DNA of 40,454 nt from Phoronis australis (taxonomy: Eukaryota > Animalia > Phoronida), in contig NMRA01001038.1 in NCBI GenBank assembly GCA_002633005.1, positions 3,305 to 43,758 on the forward strand. The letters run 5' to 3'. Below the pieces are notes generated by a model that made no database searches, had not been told where the DNA came from, and saw only the letters and a program-made list of their open reading frames with translations. The translations under genes were made by a program, and so were the position numbers. Below are positions 11,982 to 24,795 of this stretch, in pieces (within the stretch, counting starts at the first letter, position 1; every line of letters starts with the position of its first letter).

Positions 11982-12529
11982 TATAAGAAGAGGGCAGAAG
12001 ATTCAGTCTCGACTTCAGATTATGGCTTTTAGTTTTTTATGTAACAGCCATGCTGTTCAATGTGTTCGCTTCAAGCACACAAACTGGGCCCCAATGAGAC
12101 AAATTCCTCTGTTTACCTAGGTAAACCATAAGTTTAACTGATGTTGAGCTTAGAGGTTTATAATGTACTCCTAGTTAAATTACACTTGTCGTGACCATGT
12201 TATTATAATAACCAGATTGATGAGCATAAATAAATGCTGCTCGCTGTGTTAATTATTTACCATTCTGAAACCACAGAAGTCTATTCATGGAATGCCTACT
12301 TCAATTTCATGCCGCTGAGGTTGCACTGCGATTGCATTCGTTTATTACGATGTTTGATCTTTCTATGGAATTTGTCACTACAACTTTTTGCAACTCGCTT
12401 GAATTACATAAACTAGTCCCCGAGTCACAAGTTTTTATAACATAATACATAGGTCACGTGGAGGAGTTGGCATTCCAGGGCTAAGACAACTGTTGATATC
12501 TATAAATGGGTGAAACTTTTAAGAAAATC

Positions 12530-14460
12530 CTTGGAACTCAAAAGTCTTCCTCATTTCCTGGCAGACGGTAGAAAGCTCAGATGCAGGCTACTGCGCATGC
12601 TGGAATGACAACAATGGCAGTTTGTCTTGAGTGACCGTGTGCCCGTCTTTGGAACTGTCTGTAGGCCACGTGTCAAATCCTTTTATCCAAGGGTCTGTTA
12701 TATCCATCAGGATATTGGCTTTTGTACTGCAACCATGCAGTCTCCAAAACACCACGATTGATGTATACAGGTTTAAACCCCCATGCCCCACAATACATTT
12801 TTTCTTCTGGGATAGTTGTCACGCTTCATTTCTTCATCAAGTTTTGCAACAACCTTGTCAACCTCTTGGCAACATACTCTTTCTTCAACAACTGAGGTTG
12901 TCTGACAGTTGCCCCAGGTGCACCTGCAAGATAATACATTATTTCAGTAAACATCAAAATTTCGAATTGAAAAATTTACAAAGAGTGCCTCTACCAAATT
13001 GAGGGGTCTGCATACGACTTCAGTTTTCAGGAAAATTGGTTGGAACATCACAACCTATTTATTTGTTGTACAAATGGATCATATACAGTAAATATATTTA
13101 CTTTTTATACAAATGAATAGTGCTACACCCAAGGCAGTGGTAGATCATGCCCGGGGGATATAGTAATGGACTTTAGTTGTTTGATTTTTAGCTGACCCTA
13201 AGACAAAAGGCAGTTGCCCTGATTCATTGATGGAGGGGACTGTTTTGTATGTAGTCGTAAGACCTATTCTCCCAATCTGAATCCTATCGGCACCCACATA
13301 CCATTAATCAAACTAGACAATGACAATGGGGCAAACCAACTTGAAAAGCAGTGTTGCCACTCAAAGGGTCGCCCATATTTTAAATATTACAGTATACATC
13401 TACATTAAATCTTCTTGATATGCTATATGGGCAATCACCAATCCAATGGTATGCTCTCTTTACTCTATAGAAACTTTACCAGGCGGTTCCTACCCAAGTC
13501 GACTCGTAACCAAGCCATGTACCATATTTCATTTCTAAATAATGGCAACATTGGGTTAATGTACATCGGCATGAAATGGTTGTTTCCATTTCAAGCATCG
13601 CCTTACAAAATAAAACTGTTTTGGAACACATGTGTAGATTGATATAGGTCCGAGTTGACTTGAGTACGAAAATCAAATGACTTGTTCTATAACCTATAGA
13701 ATTATGCCCTCCCCCAGCACCATGGTGAGAAAGTCTAAATTATAAAATTGCAATTCTTTCATCCTCTTCTTTACAATTCACAGTCGATTATTCCAAAGTG
13801 GTTCTCATTCATTCCCTTGCATACATTTATTCACTCACTAGTAACACCCAGCTCAGTCTCGGAGAAGTAAGAGACAATTCTGTTCAATGCTCAATTGCAT
13901 GCCAGTGAAACCCAGGATTCGAACCTGAGTCTCACGAGGTCAAACCACTGAGCCACACTGTCTATAAATAATCAGAGACCTAACACTTTTTGAGTGATTT
14001 GCTATAATGCAAAAAAATCCCAGTTTTATCACTGAAACTGGTATTTATCCACGGCTGAAACACAATTTACCAATGGGGATATGGGCGCGTGGGACTGACT
14101 GGTAAAGCACCTACTTTTGAATTAAAAAAGACCAAGTTATAATTCGCGGTTGTAGGATACATATTGATAATATTCTTACCAATCACAAACATCTAATCGC
14201 AACTCCTGCGCACCTTCAGCCTGTTGACGTTCACAGGACGAACCCGCTGGGAGTGAGTCTTCGGTGACCAAAGAAAGGGCAGTGAAAGGGATCGAGGGAG
14301 AACGGCTCCACTACAGAAAAGCTGTGAACACATATTGTTCCTCTGGGATCTGTCACCTCCACCTCCACGTCCGAAAGGTCGGAATCATCTGAAAAGTCCA
14401 CCTGTCCGTCCCTGTATCGCTTAAAGTATTCCTCATCTACGCTGCTGTACTCACTTGGAC
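12530..14460 (-). pseudogene. Two-exon P2X7 C-terminal ballast-like (KolX) gene of the Kolobok element
   Basis: Exon 1 is acidic (DFSDDSDLSDVEVE...VEPFSLDP) and ends at 14180 |GTAAG. Acceptor TTGCAG| at 12923 joins W/CTWGNC...EERVCCQEV...CIVGHGGF...I*HVAYRQF...VVIPACAVACI*AFY. Frameshifts and stops are present. Confidence 0.8.
13756..13962 (-). mobile_element. tRNA-derived SINE in the intron of the KolX-like gene
   Basis: A box TGGCTCAGTGG (13955-13945) and B box GGTTCGAATCC (13925-13915). No cloverleaf. The 3' boundary is approximate. Confidence 0.65.
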
Positions 14461-16656
14461 ACACATTGTTCCCCCTTGTGTTCCCCAACACACGTCACAG
14501 ATGTGTAGCGAACGAAAATGGCGCCGTTTCTATTCTCCGTTACAACGATGGCGTTACAACACCAAGGCACTGAATATGTAACAAACTTTGTATAGCGGCG
14601 TACAATTCAGTTAATGTTAAGAATATAGGAATGATAATTATAAACTAGAATTTAGACCATATTGTTGTTCAGATTGGTTTGGACCTTGCAATTTCCTCTT
14701 TAACATTGGCTGAATTTCTCTACAAAAACCAAGAAAGCGTTATATCATGGATACCCACCTCTAAGGCCGTGTGGAGTGCACATTTGGAACCCATATGTGA
14801 TAAATGGGGTCACAATGTCATCCTTTCTACGAATTTTAAGATTCCTGATTTGATTTATGTACCAAAAATGCTCTTAAGTGACCTTTCTCACGAACTTTCG
14901 ACTACTTTGAATTCGCCAGCACGACAAGAAGCAACCGGGGTGAGCCAACACTGGTACATCTGGCGGCCGCCATTCTAAGATCGAGTAGGGTACAAAATTT
15001 CGGACACTTTCCCTGAAATCCTCTCTTTACGTGATCCTTTTTTATTGAATCTGACTCGGTATGTCACCAAACGCGTGTGGACCTCGAAAACAGTCCCCTT
15101 TCTTGTGAATTCTTGTTTGCGGATGCCTACCAGAACGTAACCAGAACATGCCACGCAGGTTACCAACATCTGTTCTAATTCGCATCCCATCACAAAAAAT
15201 ATTGTTTAATGTTGATTTAGACCCCGTACGGTTATGAAATTGGCAGCAACTGGTAACTTCAGCCCCATTCTCATATTACCGGTTTAGACAGAGGTACATG
15301 GCGGTTGACTAATCTGCCATGAACCATGTCCAAGAGGCGGTAAAAACAAAGATTGAAATTGCCCGTGAAATTGGGAAATACGTAATGGGATCCCAATTAG
15401 TGCTATCAAAACCGAATATTTGTTACGTTTTCGAAAACTTTCCCCTTCCCATGGGACATAATATCTTTCTGAGTGAAAAAGTCGAGTCCCATAGTAAAAC
15501 TCTAGCACTGGAATAACAATTTCGATTTCGCGCTGGAGAGGTTGCGACTTGCATGCGTGGCATTTGTTTGCATTCCTTTGTTCCGGTTTGTTCCGGTTTT
15601 GGTCATTGCTATGAAATTACTGTCATTAAAACTTTTCGCAACTCCGCCGTTTTTCAACCAAATTGCAAAAAAGCCATGTTATCAGAAAGCCCTTCATCAG
15701 TTTTTGATAGTGTATAATTATACAAGAAGCAAACGATTAATAATTTTGTATACCTGACATGTTTAAGAAACATTCTAAAAACCAAAAGTGCAAAATGTAA
15801 AAAATAACAGAATGTATAACAATGATTTAAATTATTTCTACCCTATCAAGACAAATGTATTAGATTATCTATCCCCGGAGTCGCAGTTGCTGTGAAGAAT
15901 AGTGATTTTCATCCAAATTATACGTCTTCTTAATTTGGCCTTTGGTGCCATTTGATACAGTTTTCAGTAAAAATTCAGGATGCAGTGATGAACTAATTAC
16001 TCCAACTATCTATCCGAAATTTGCAGACAAAGGTTTTCTGATAGATAAAAATGAACGATCATCGATTTTGTAGCTTTGAAATGTGCTGTGCACAGATATT
16101 ACATTGGCTGCAGTGTCGGACTTTCCATAGAAGTTCAGAAACTTCATTTCATTGCAAGGAGGGAGCTCCCAAAATGTTATCATTTCGCAATTGGGAATAT
16201 TGGCATTGGTTGCTTGTGCTTATGTCTCTGTGTTTGTAGTAAATCTTGGTATACTCTTGATTTTGAAATCTCATTTCGTTAAAAGGTCAGCAATTCGCAA
16301 GTTTCATTTGCCTGGTTCTCAAAATTACGAATCACCAATGTAACTAGTGTATTGATCTGGATAATTGTTTTGTCATTTAGTTTTGACTGCCTACACTGTA
16401 TTTTGACCGATTGCTCATGTTTGTCGGGAGGATCTAGATTATCGAATACAAAACGACATCTCGTTACTAGTACAGTTTGACTTAAAATTTCAGATTCATT
16501 GCAAGATCGACTTGTTTCATTAAAATCAATCTGTCAGTGTCATGATGAAAGTAATAGTTAATCTGGGTGCAACCTGACCTAGGTGCGAGTTGAGTTGAAT
16601 ATGGACTGAATGGAATGATCTCCCCGTGTCAGGAGGGGCACTCATACGAAAAAGTA

Positions 16657-16870
16657 CACTGGACTTTCAGATGGGACAGGAACTGAGACTCAATTAAGAT
16701 TCAATTGAAATTCAACTGAAGGTTTTCCCATGTAAATGAATTGATTCAATTCATTAGCATATTTAATAGCCATTCAATAGCCATTCAATTCTCCATGCAG
16801 TACAGAATCAGTTGAATTTCATCCCATATTCAATAACAGTTCAATAACCGTTCAATGTCATTCAATGTTT
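16657..16870. repeat. Cluster of short ATTCAA/TTGAA subterminal-type repeats starting at CACTG (possible EnSpm/CACTA-like end)
   Basis: Dense ATTCAAT/CAATTGAA motifs, including the tandem AATAGCCATTC x2. Confidence 0.35.
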
Positions 16871-17459
16871 GTAACTATACAGAATAACTTGAATTTCATG
16901 TATTTTCTAAAAATTAACCATTCAAAAAACAAGATATATTGTTGTAAACCTCTACAACAGATAAGAATAGTTCACAATTTTCATTCAACAAACTGGCATG
17001 CAAGAGTAAAATCAAATCATAGACAACTGAACATTACGATACCTTAAATCGAAACTTTCCCAAGTATTATTATCATACAGCATTAAAAAATATAAAAAAA
17101 ATAGCGCCTTAGTTGTTTGGACCCTTGTGGCATCATTGAAATGTAGCAGCCTTCGTAAACATTTTGAAGAAGTACCGGAAACTTAAGTTTTTCGATGAAA
17201 ACTAAAATTTTATTTTTGTACTATTACTAAAATTAACACCTTTTCAGAGCATCATTTGTCGTGTCATATACACATGTATGCATGTGAGTTGTTCCTTTCA
17301 AGGGGTAAAAGTCGCGGACGACGCCGAGAAGAACGAGTTTGTGTTCAGTTTTTAAATGAAACCTCGTCAGCTTGCTAACTGTCGCGACCCTAAAAAGTTA
17401 TTGAGTGAGTGGGTTGCATTTGCATTCACCTTGCCAACAACTGCCGGGTGAGCATAGGA

Positions 17460-18448
17460 CGCAGACGACTGCATGGCGTGGTGATGCTAATCTCGTCGAA
17501 CAATTCCGACTTCCGTTTACTTCCTACTGTGGTGGCAAACGCATTCCATTCAGGAAATAAATGGAACAGATGTGAATCAAATGTGATAAGTCTAGGAACA
17601 CTACAAGTAAGTTTTGAAAATCAACCTTGAAAGGAATTTAATGGTAAATATTTTCCAACTTTGATATCCACAGTGGCGACTTCGTGACAACTTGAAAGTT
17701 TTCCTAGTTTGCCAAACACAATCTGAGGTCGCACTGGCGAAAAATCAAGGGCTATGAATTACTTTTTAGACATTTATTGATTCACACATCATAACTGTTC
17801 TCTGACTCGGAATTTGTCGCCCTAGTCCCTACAGACTTTACTTATGCCAGCAACTACTGCGTCCCGACGTTTTTTTGACCCTCCACAGGTTGCCAAACGA
17901 AATTTTTGGTCGCCCGGGCAAGCGCCTAAATTAATTCCCAGGTTTTTTACTCGAGCGTCGTAAAAATTCGTCGACCGACAAAAATTGGGCGGGTGGTTTT
18001 AGAGTCACCCAATTTCCTGGTAAAAGCCTAAATGTAGGCGTACCTTCTTTCTTCAACGCAATTCCTTCCCCCGGCGAAAAACACATAAAATGCAAACGAC
18101 CGCATGGGTTAGTGGTGTGAATTTCGATGCTCTTGCCTGATTTTTGTCGAACAATTCCGACTTCTGTCTGTTTACTTCGTCTCGAAATTAAACGTGAGGT
18201 TGCAAATGCATTATTTCATGAAATGTACGGAACAATTGTGAGTCAAAGGAACAAAGGTTGGAATACTGTTAGTAATTTAAATTTGGACGTTAACATAAGC
18301 TTTGAAACGAATTTAGATGGAATTATTTCATGACGTTGATACTCGTACTGGCGATTTCTTGGCGACTTGGTAATTTTTCCAGGTCGCTAAACACACTCCC
18401 AGGTCGCAGTGGTGACCTGCAGGTCACCAAATCGAGCGCAGCCAATTG
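17460..18448 (+). repeat. Two diverged direct copies (~17460-17755 and ~18093-18448) of a non-autonomous element end
   Basis: Collinear shared blocks GTCGAACAATTCCGACTTC, GTTTACTTC, TGGCGA and AGGTCGCA(C/G)TGG. Confidence 0.6.
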
Positions 18449-18467
18449 AGAGGATCTTTAATTTCAG

Positions 18468-18690
18468 GCTATCTGGTCAGTGTGCTCATGTGTTGGCTGT
18501 AGTGATGTCCATTAGGGACTGGAAGCTGGAGGGACTTTGTGAGGTGCCAAGTCAGCAAGCCTGTCCCAGCAATGGGACAAGCCACGTGGCCACAAGGTGC
18601 AGGCTGAGCCAATATCCCAAATGATAATTTCAAAGCCAGGAAACAAAGATCACAAACTAAGACCAGTGGTGGCTGTGTTTACCGACAATA
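18468..18690 (+). pseudogene. Exon with the second half of a SWIM finger from a SWIM-YqaJ transposon gene
   Basis: Acceptor atttcag|, then LSGQCAHVLAV...EVPSQQAC and, after a frameshift, PQQWDKPRGHKVQAEPI, the typical post-SWIM motif. Confidence 0.65.
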
Positions 18691-19135
18691 AGTAGATATT
18701 AGAATGTAACATAATTATACTAAACTTTCATCACAGAAGTGATTAGGTCCTTCACAAAATCCTTAATTAAATTCCGGCTTATCCTTTCAACTACACTGAC
18801 TTGCTGTTACTTAGCGACCTCAATTTTGCCAAATTTTACTTTTTGTTTCACTAATATTGTGAATGCAGCACACTACAATAGTCAACTGATCATTAATATT
18901 TTATCTGATTGACAAAAGATAATTTTTAACTTCATCAATTTTTTGAGCTGAATTGCACGGACATTGTAATGGTTTAAAGAAGAATGCCACCCGATTTAAT
19001 TAGTCTTTTTTATCGTCTTAATCGGTCTATATACACATCGCCTCTAATACGGTGGACCTCACCTTCCCGAGAAGTGTCGCGTGTGAGGAAGGTGAGAAAC
19101 GAAGCAGCGACGTCAGTGGTTCGTCTGCAGAGTGA

Positions 19136-19380
19136 ATGCCGCTATATCGTGGTGCATCGTTTCCGCTTGTCTGAACTATGAAGCTGCGAAGAAAGCGGAT
19201 ATATCGTTTTTTTCGACTTCCTCAAGAGCACAAAGTGGTTAGGAAGTGGTTTGCGGTAGTGAAGAATGAAAGGTACGTTGTTAATAGCCAGTATAAGGCC
19301 GTGAAACATCTCCTTGTCTGTGGCCGGCATTTCGTCGACAGTGATTTCTCTGACGAATTCCGGCTTACCAAAGAACTATC
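19136..19380 (+). pseudogene. THAP domain remnant
   Basis: SWCIVSACLN...(frameshift)FFRLPQEHKVVRKWFAVVK...YKAVKHLLVCGRHFVDSDF. Confidence 0.75.
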
Positions 19381-19520
19381 CATACGTTCCGTTGCCTGTG
19401 CATATTCACGGTGCCTCTCTAGTATTTCTTGATCAGTGGATTCCGGTTCGAATTGATAGCCTTTGAAACCTAACGATCCGATCCGTTAAGTCTTCGTCGG
19501 ATGAGCTCTTGACTAACTAT
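19381..19520 (-). pseudogene. N-terminal remnant of a KolX/P2X7-ballast-like gene
   Basis: GSLGFKGYQFEPESTDQEILERHREYAQATER resembles GGYVFEPEY...EYAEAQAAVER at 28.8 kb. Confidence 0.6.
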
Positions 19521-20236
19521 GTCGGAATTGGCGCCGGGCGAGTTCCCTTGTAGACATTTATTATTCTACGTTCGTTTCAAAATGAATTATTCTCATCCTA
19601 ACCAATGCTTGTATAAAACTGAAACAAAGTCTGTGTCACTAGATATACAATTTGTAATGCATTTCACGGAAGAATACTTCGAATTTATCTCCGAACAGAC
19701 CCAAAACTCTTGCTGTGGACCTTGGTAAATTGGCCTGCAGAACTTTGTAGGCTACGGTGTGTCCAAATACCAGTAAATCCGTAACAACGAAATAAAACAA
19801 CACGTTTTTATAAGAACTCGGTGTATTTTTAAGGGTTTTACACCGAAGTTTGATTATTTATTGGTGTTAAACGATGAATTCAAGCGACAACCTTACCCCA
19901 GTAACCCGTGTTGTGAACTGCTGAACAGACTGCGTGTGAAACCAATTACGTCATTGGATAATTTCAACACCTCGGTCTGCCGTCAAGTGTCTGGTAACAC
20001 AACCGAACAAGCCGTTACCGAGTAGAACTACTCGACCTAAATCGATACAAAATAGGTTCTTTTTTGGGTGGCATGTTCCTTTAAATGTCCACACTGACGT
20101 TGTGAGGACTAAAAATAATCGCCCTCACTAAATGCCTACTTGGAAGCCCTCTCCTGTCAACATTTCTCTCCGTATCCTTCAAAACCAAGTTGTTGCCCCT
20201 AGGGTGCTTGGGGTACTCCCCCTTATGAAAAAGAAT

Positions 20237-21374
20237 GTGAGAATCTCACTGGATTCCAGTTAGATTTCAGTTGCATTCTCACTAAATCACCCATTGTAGT
20301 TAGAAATGCCAGTGAGAACCCAGTGGGAATTGAACAACAGGGACAGTCAGTGAGAAAATTCCATGTAACAGTGAGAATCCAGTGAGAAATTTGGTCTTAG
20401 GAAAATTCTGAGTGAGAAACCAGTGAGAATCTTGGTCTTAGGAAAATTTTGAGAGAGAATCAGTGAGAATTTCAGACTAAGAAAATTTCTGAGTGAGAAT
20501 TCAGTGAGAATTTGGACTTGCCAAATTTGGAGTGCGAATCCAGTGAGAATTTAAGATAAACAAACAACCTGATTGGCTGTTCCTGTGGAAATTTCAGTTG
20601 AACCAGATTTCTGAATTCAAACTAAAATGGCGCCAGGAGTGAGCAGTTAGAGAAATAGCGTGAAGATTATTGACGCTTTTCTCTCAAATATTGTGAAATT
20701 ACTGAACAGTTTTCTGCAAGTCAACCAGAGGGGATCCTGGACTGATTTTGTGTGTTAATAAGCTTAAGGTTAGTACATTTCATACACTTAGTAGTGTGCA
20801 TAAACGATTTTAGACTGATGTATTCATTCTGTGTTGACACCTGACTTTTTGGTACATGTAAGTTTGCTGATTCACCAAAGGCATGATAGTTGTTAGTTTA
20901 AGTCTGCTATATTTCCCCATTTGCAATTAAATTGTATCTTTAGGCAAATTTCAAGATAAACTCACAAAAAATAAGAAGTGTTTTGGTTACCAAAAAAGCT
21001 TTGATCTCTCATCTATTCAGTCAGTGGCAGTATAAAATACACACATAGAATTTTCTAAGTTCAAAATTCTTACCCAATGAGATTTTCACTCAGTGAGAAT
21101 TTCAGTAAAACAAATTCTCAATAATTTGCATACCATTCTCACTCAGTGAGAATTTCAGTAAGACAAATTCTCACTGAGTGAGAATGCTTTGCAAATTAGT
21201 TAGATTCCCACTGAATTCTAACTGGAATATCACTGTATACTCACTAGAGTGAGATTTTTTCTCACTAGTTTAAATGGCATCTTAATTAGTTAGATTCTCA
21301 CTGGAAACTAACAGTAATCCAGAGAGATTCTCACTGGCTGTCAGGATGAAAGCTGGACCCTTCCACTAGCAGTG
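20237..21374. mobile_element. Foldback/EnSpm(CACTA)-like non-autonomous element built from CAGTGAGAA motifs
   Basis: Inverted arms at ~20237-20330 and ~21240-21336, ~40-bp tandem units at 20370-20550, a 22-bp perfect hairpin at 21134-21186, and a right end at CAGTG 21374. Confidence 0.55.
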
Positions 21375-21519
21375 ACCCATGACCCCTCCTGACCTTGTCT
21401 CTCTAAGCCATCGCCTGTACAGCGCAAAATTTCATAATGTTATAGGCTCTTCTATGAATAGTTATATGCATATTCAAGTGTACGTTGGCTGGCCAAAAAT
21501 AGGCAGGTTCAAAGTAAGA

Positions 21520-21940
21520 TTAAAAAATCCCTTAGAGAGATTAAGCCACAAATGGTGTACCATGGTAATGAGACAATTATCACGACTCAATGATTTGAAA
21601 CTAAATGGAAACAACCACCATTGCCACATGAATGTAATGACTTTCCCCAAGATAGTTGAAACATTACCAAGGTACTCGCAGATCTAAACATGCTTATGGC
21701 TTGAAGAAACTTCAGCAATTGCAAGAGATTTTAATGTGCTCATATCTTTTCCAGAAAGGTGAAAGCCGTTGAAAGTCGATACCTGGAAGTGTTAAAGAGA
21801 ATCAAGGACACACCGATCTCATACCCGGCTACTCTCCCATACAAGCTGATTGACACATCATCCGGTACTTATAGCCTGGGAAATTCTTTAGCACATCAGG
21901 CACATCCGTCTATAATTGGCAACATTAATCGATCTAAATA
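21520..21940 (+). pseudogene. Probable linker exons of a SWIM-YqaJ gene
   Basis: TTQ*FETKWKQP, donor at ~21672, acceptor ttccag| at ~21754, then KLIDTSSGTYSLGNSLAHQ, which resembles the TxxGxxPxGSxLSYQ linker before YqaJ domains. Confidence 0.4.
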
Positions 21941-22143
21941 GTACACAACTATACCTTATTCAAGCTTAGCGACATTATTCAATCAAGACCAATTGAATAT
22001 TATTCAAACTTTTTAATCATTTACAGAAAGCTCTTCCAAAGTTTTGACATTCTTGAAATTCAAGCTTGAAGAAAATATCCACTAATGTGAGGCACATTTG
22101 AGCATAATCATGTTCAGTCAACTTTAGCTAAATATAATGCATT

Positions 22144-23176
22144 TTATTCCTGTATGAGATATGGCATGTATCCTGTTAAAAAACAGCATACGAACCAAAT
22201 CTGATTTGCACAAACAAATAAACTTAACGCTAATCTATGGTCAACAATTTTGAATTTTTTCGCTCTTGAAATAGCTCTTTCAACATGGACCCTGTGAGCA
22301 GCTATCCGTTTTTGGTTAAGGCAACATCCCTAGGTGACATCTGACCACGACCTGATGCAAAAGGAGGGATGCATAATTTCAGTCCAATATTTTCATTTCT
22401 TTTCTAATTAAGAAGCCTTTGTCAGTCATGATGCCATCACCTTGAGTTGCTGAAGCATTGTCAGTAACCCACTTGATCTTGTGATATCATTGTCTGAGAT
22501 TGACCCCGAAAATAGCATGGATATCAAAAAGTAAATGATCCCCTGGGGTCCACTCCTACAAGTCCTTTTACAGTGGTACACGACTTGTAATCTGAGTAAC
22601 ACTGACTTTGGCTTCTCAGAGAACTCGGCTTTTCCACTTTGATTTCTTTGCCATCTATGACGAAGAAAGTGTGTGGAAAATCTTTCTTGTACTTTGGCGG
22701 CATATGTTTGTCGAGAATGTCGCGATCTGGCCAAATTGTTACTGATCCAAATTTGTAGAACATGAAGTCGATCCACTCCCTAAAAAGTGCTGCAGCATCC
22801 TGAGGAGATATCCCATAAAGAGTTGCCAAGTGTTTGAAATCGAAGTTCAATCGCAGTTTCGTTAGCGTAAGCAGGAGTTGGTCTTGCAGTTACATGTTCT
22901 TAGCACTGCTGATTGTTTTGGAGAAGTTCATGGGAGATTCATCCTTATCTGGGACTAAGTAATCAAACATATTTTGAAATTCTTCGAAAGTGCATCCTGT
23001 GTGATATTCAAAATTATTTTTCACGTGGCTGTTTTTCAGTGAAGCAACAGAAAATGCCATGATGTCTGCATTCTTTGTTTCAGCTATTATTTTTCGTCGA
23101 TGAACTTCATCAGTTAAAGTTTTCAACTTTGATTCAAGAAGATTGTTTTCAGCAGCAATAGCCAGATAATCCAAAC
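22144..23176 (-). pseudogene. Harbinger/ISL2EU-type DDE transposase (HTH_Tnp_4 + DDE_Tnp_4), frameshifted
   Basis: YHTGCTFEEF...LQDQLLLTLTKLRLNFDF...IWPDR...VIDGKEIKVEKPS...YSDYKSCTTVKGLVG...SGSISD...IMTDKGF...IPPF...RVHVERAI...QIWFVCCFL. The D-D-E motifs are all present. Confidence 0.92.
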
Positions 23177-23479
23177 CTAATGGGCTTGAAATATAAATCA
23201 CTGTGATATATAATTTATAGTCAAAATTGTCAACTTCACTGAAGATTTACCTCACTCATGCTGCAAATGCCTGGTGAAAAGTACTTAAACCTGAAAGACA
23301 GAAATTTTATGCTGAGTTACATTATTGTTCGAAGGAATTTTAAGGTTTTTCGTGGATTTTCATCTTAATTCTGTCTTCCCCTGATTCAACTGCCTGAAGG
23401 ACCTTCTGGAGAATCAAAGTCTTGTGGTGATCTGAACTTCCCACATCCCAGTCCGATTGCTAATGCCATTACTTGCCAT

Positions 23480-24180
23480 GCGGAGGAATACGAGTTTATG
23501 AAGATGACATTTGAGGATGCCAGAAAGCTAGAGAATGACACTCGTACACAAGCTAAATGCCCTTAATGGTTTGAGGCGAGTAAACTGAGAATTACAGCGT
23601 CTAACTTTGGGCGATTTATGCTTCGTAAGGCTCCAATTACAGATAACTTAGTTAATTCAGTGATGAATCCCAAACCATTTCAGTCAACTGCCACCACTTA
23701 CGAAACGTGCAATGAAAAAGTTGCCAAGAACATGTATCGGAAGCAAACGGGGAACCAGGTTCATGACTGCGGATTTATAGTTAATCCTGAAGTTCAAATC
23801 ATTGGAGCTTCGCCTGATGGGAAAGTATGCGACAATGGAGAGGTGGGGTTGCTAGAAGTGAAATGCCCATACAGCATACGAGATATGAATTTTCAAGAAG
23901 CACTTACAAATTACGAAAACAAGGAATCTCTGTTTTTGTCCAAATTTGGAGATGAAATTTTGTTGCGAAAAGACCATAGTCATTGGTTCCAAGTTCAAGG
24001 GCAATTGTTAGTGTCTGCAGCTTCTTTCTGTGATTTTGTGACATACACAAGAAGAGATTGCATATACAACGGATTCATCCCGACCTCAGTGTCATGTAAC
24101 AAATTCTTGAGAAGATGAACAAACTGTTCATTGACCATGTCGCCAAACTGCACCCACAGTTCACTGGTTCCACAGTTTGA
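23480..24180 (+). pseudogene. YqaJ/lambda-exonuclease-like PD-(D/E)xK nuclease of an ISL2EU-like element
   Basis: TRTQAKCP*WFEASKLRITASNFG...CGFIV...IGASPDG...LLEVKCPYS...WFQVQGQL...CDFVTYT. One upstream stop and a C-terminal frameshift. Confidence 0.92.
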
Positions 24181-24795
24181 GTTTCTGGATCAGCATTCAG
24201 CTGAGTTTTTACGGGGATGTGAAATCTGGTCAGCTCCCATGGTGAAACTGAAACGTGTGAGAACAATTGTAAATTGAATTAAAGTGATTCTTATTGTAAT
24301 TTTTAGATTTGTGAAATTTGCCGCAATCGTATTGTTTTCCCTATCATTTGGACCTTATACTCGGATTCCGAAAACGTCACTTGTTTGAAATGTATTTATC
24401 TGGTGAACTGAAAATCGTCTAACTTGTGCAATATATTTCTTCTCGCAGGCTTGCCACTTTTGCTGCTCTTTCGAGAAAGGGACACGCATTTTTTCAACTT
24501 TTGCTTTAGTGCTGTGATTTCATTCATATTGAAAATGCCAATTATGAAGTGTTGTAAATTAGACATTAACTTCTTGATTGTTGCTTTGGATAGAAGCTTA
24601 GCATTATTGTCACACACAAATTACGTTATATTTTTTGTAAAATTCAACTTAAAACCAAAGACTAGCATGCCACCTGATTTGGGATGCTTCTGAATATAGT
24701 CACAGTAAAATGTCTTGCAATTGTAATATTGAACAAAGCTCTGGTCGCTGTCACTGTATGGACCTTGTTCTGAGACTATAATAACATGTGTTTAC

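Larger units (their letters stand above)
9967..14699. mobile_element. Kolobok-type DNA transposon, non-autonomous, 4733 bp
   Basis: TTAA at 9963-9966 and 14700-14703. 21-bp TIR AGTGTAATTTGCAAGGTCCAA vs AGAGGAAATTGCAAGGTCCAA (18/21). Contains convergent THAP and P2X7-ballast-like remnants. Confidence 0.8.
18978..20080. mobile_element. Kolobok-type DNA transposon, deletion derivative, 1103 bp
   Basis: TTAA at 18974-18977 and 20081-20084. TIR AGAAGAATGCCACCC vs AGGAACATGCCACCC. Contains THAP (+) and KolX N-terminus (-) remnants. Confidence 0.8.

Noticed and set aside
13900-13962. Functional tRNA gene
   Set aside because: A and B boxes are present, but the spacing is too short and there is no anticodon arm or acceptor stem. 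Called as a SINE head.
20370-20550. Regularly spaced repeats as a CRISPR-like or guide array
   Set aside because: The intervening sequences are similar to one another, so these are degenerate tandem units.
16657-21374. One large CACTG...CAGTG EnSpm element
   Set aside because: Flanking dinucleotides differ (TA vs AC), terminal similarity is weak, and the subterminal motifs at the two ends differ.
23618-24118. Phage/viral recombinase, prophage or horizontal transfer
   Set aside because: YqaJ domains are a normal part of ISL2EU-type eukaryotic transposons. This one is next to a DDE_Tnp_4 gene and is disrupted.
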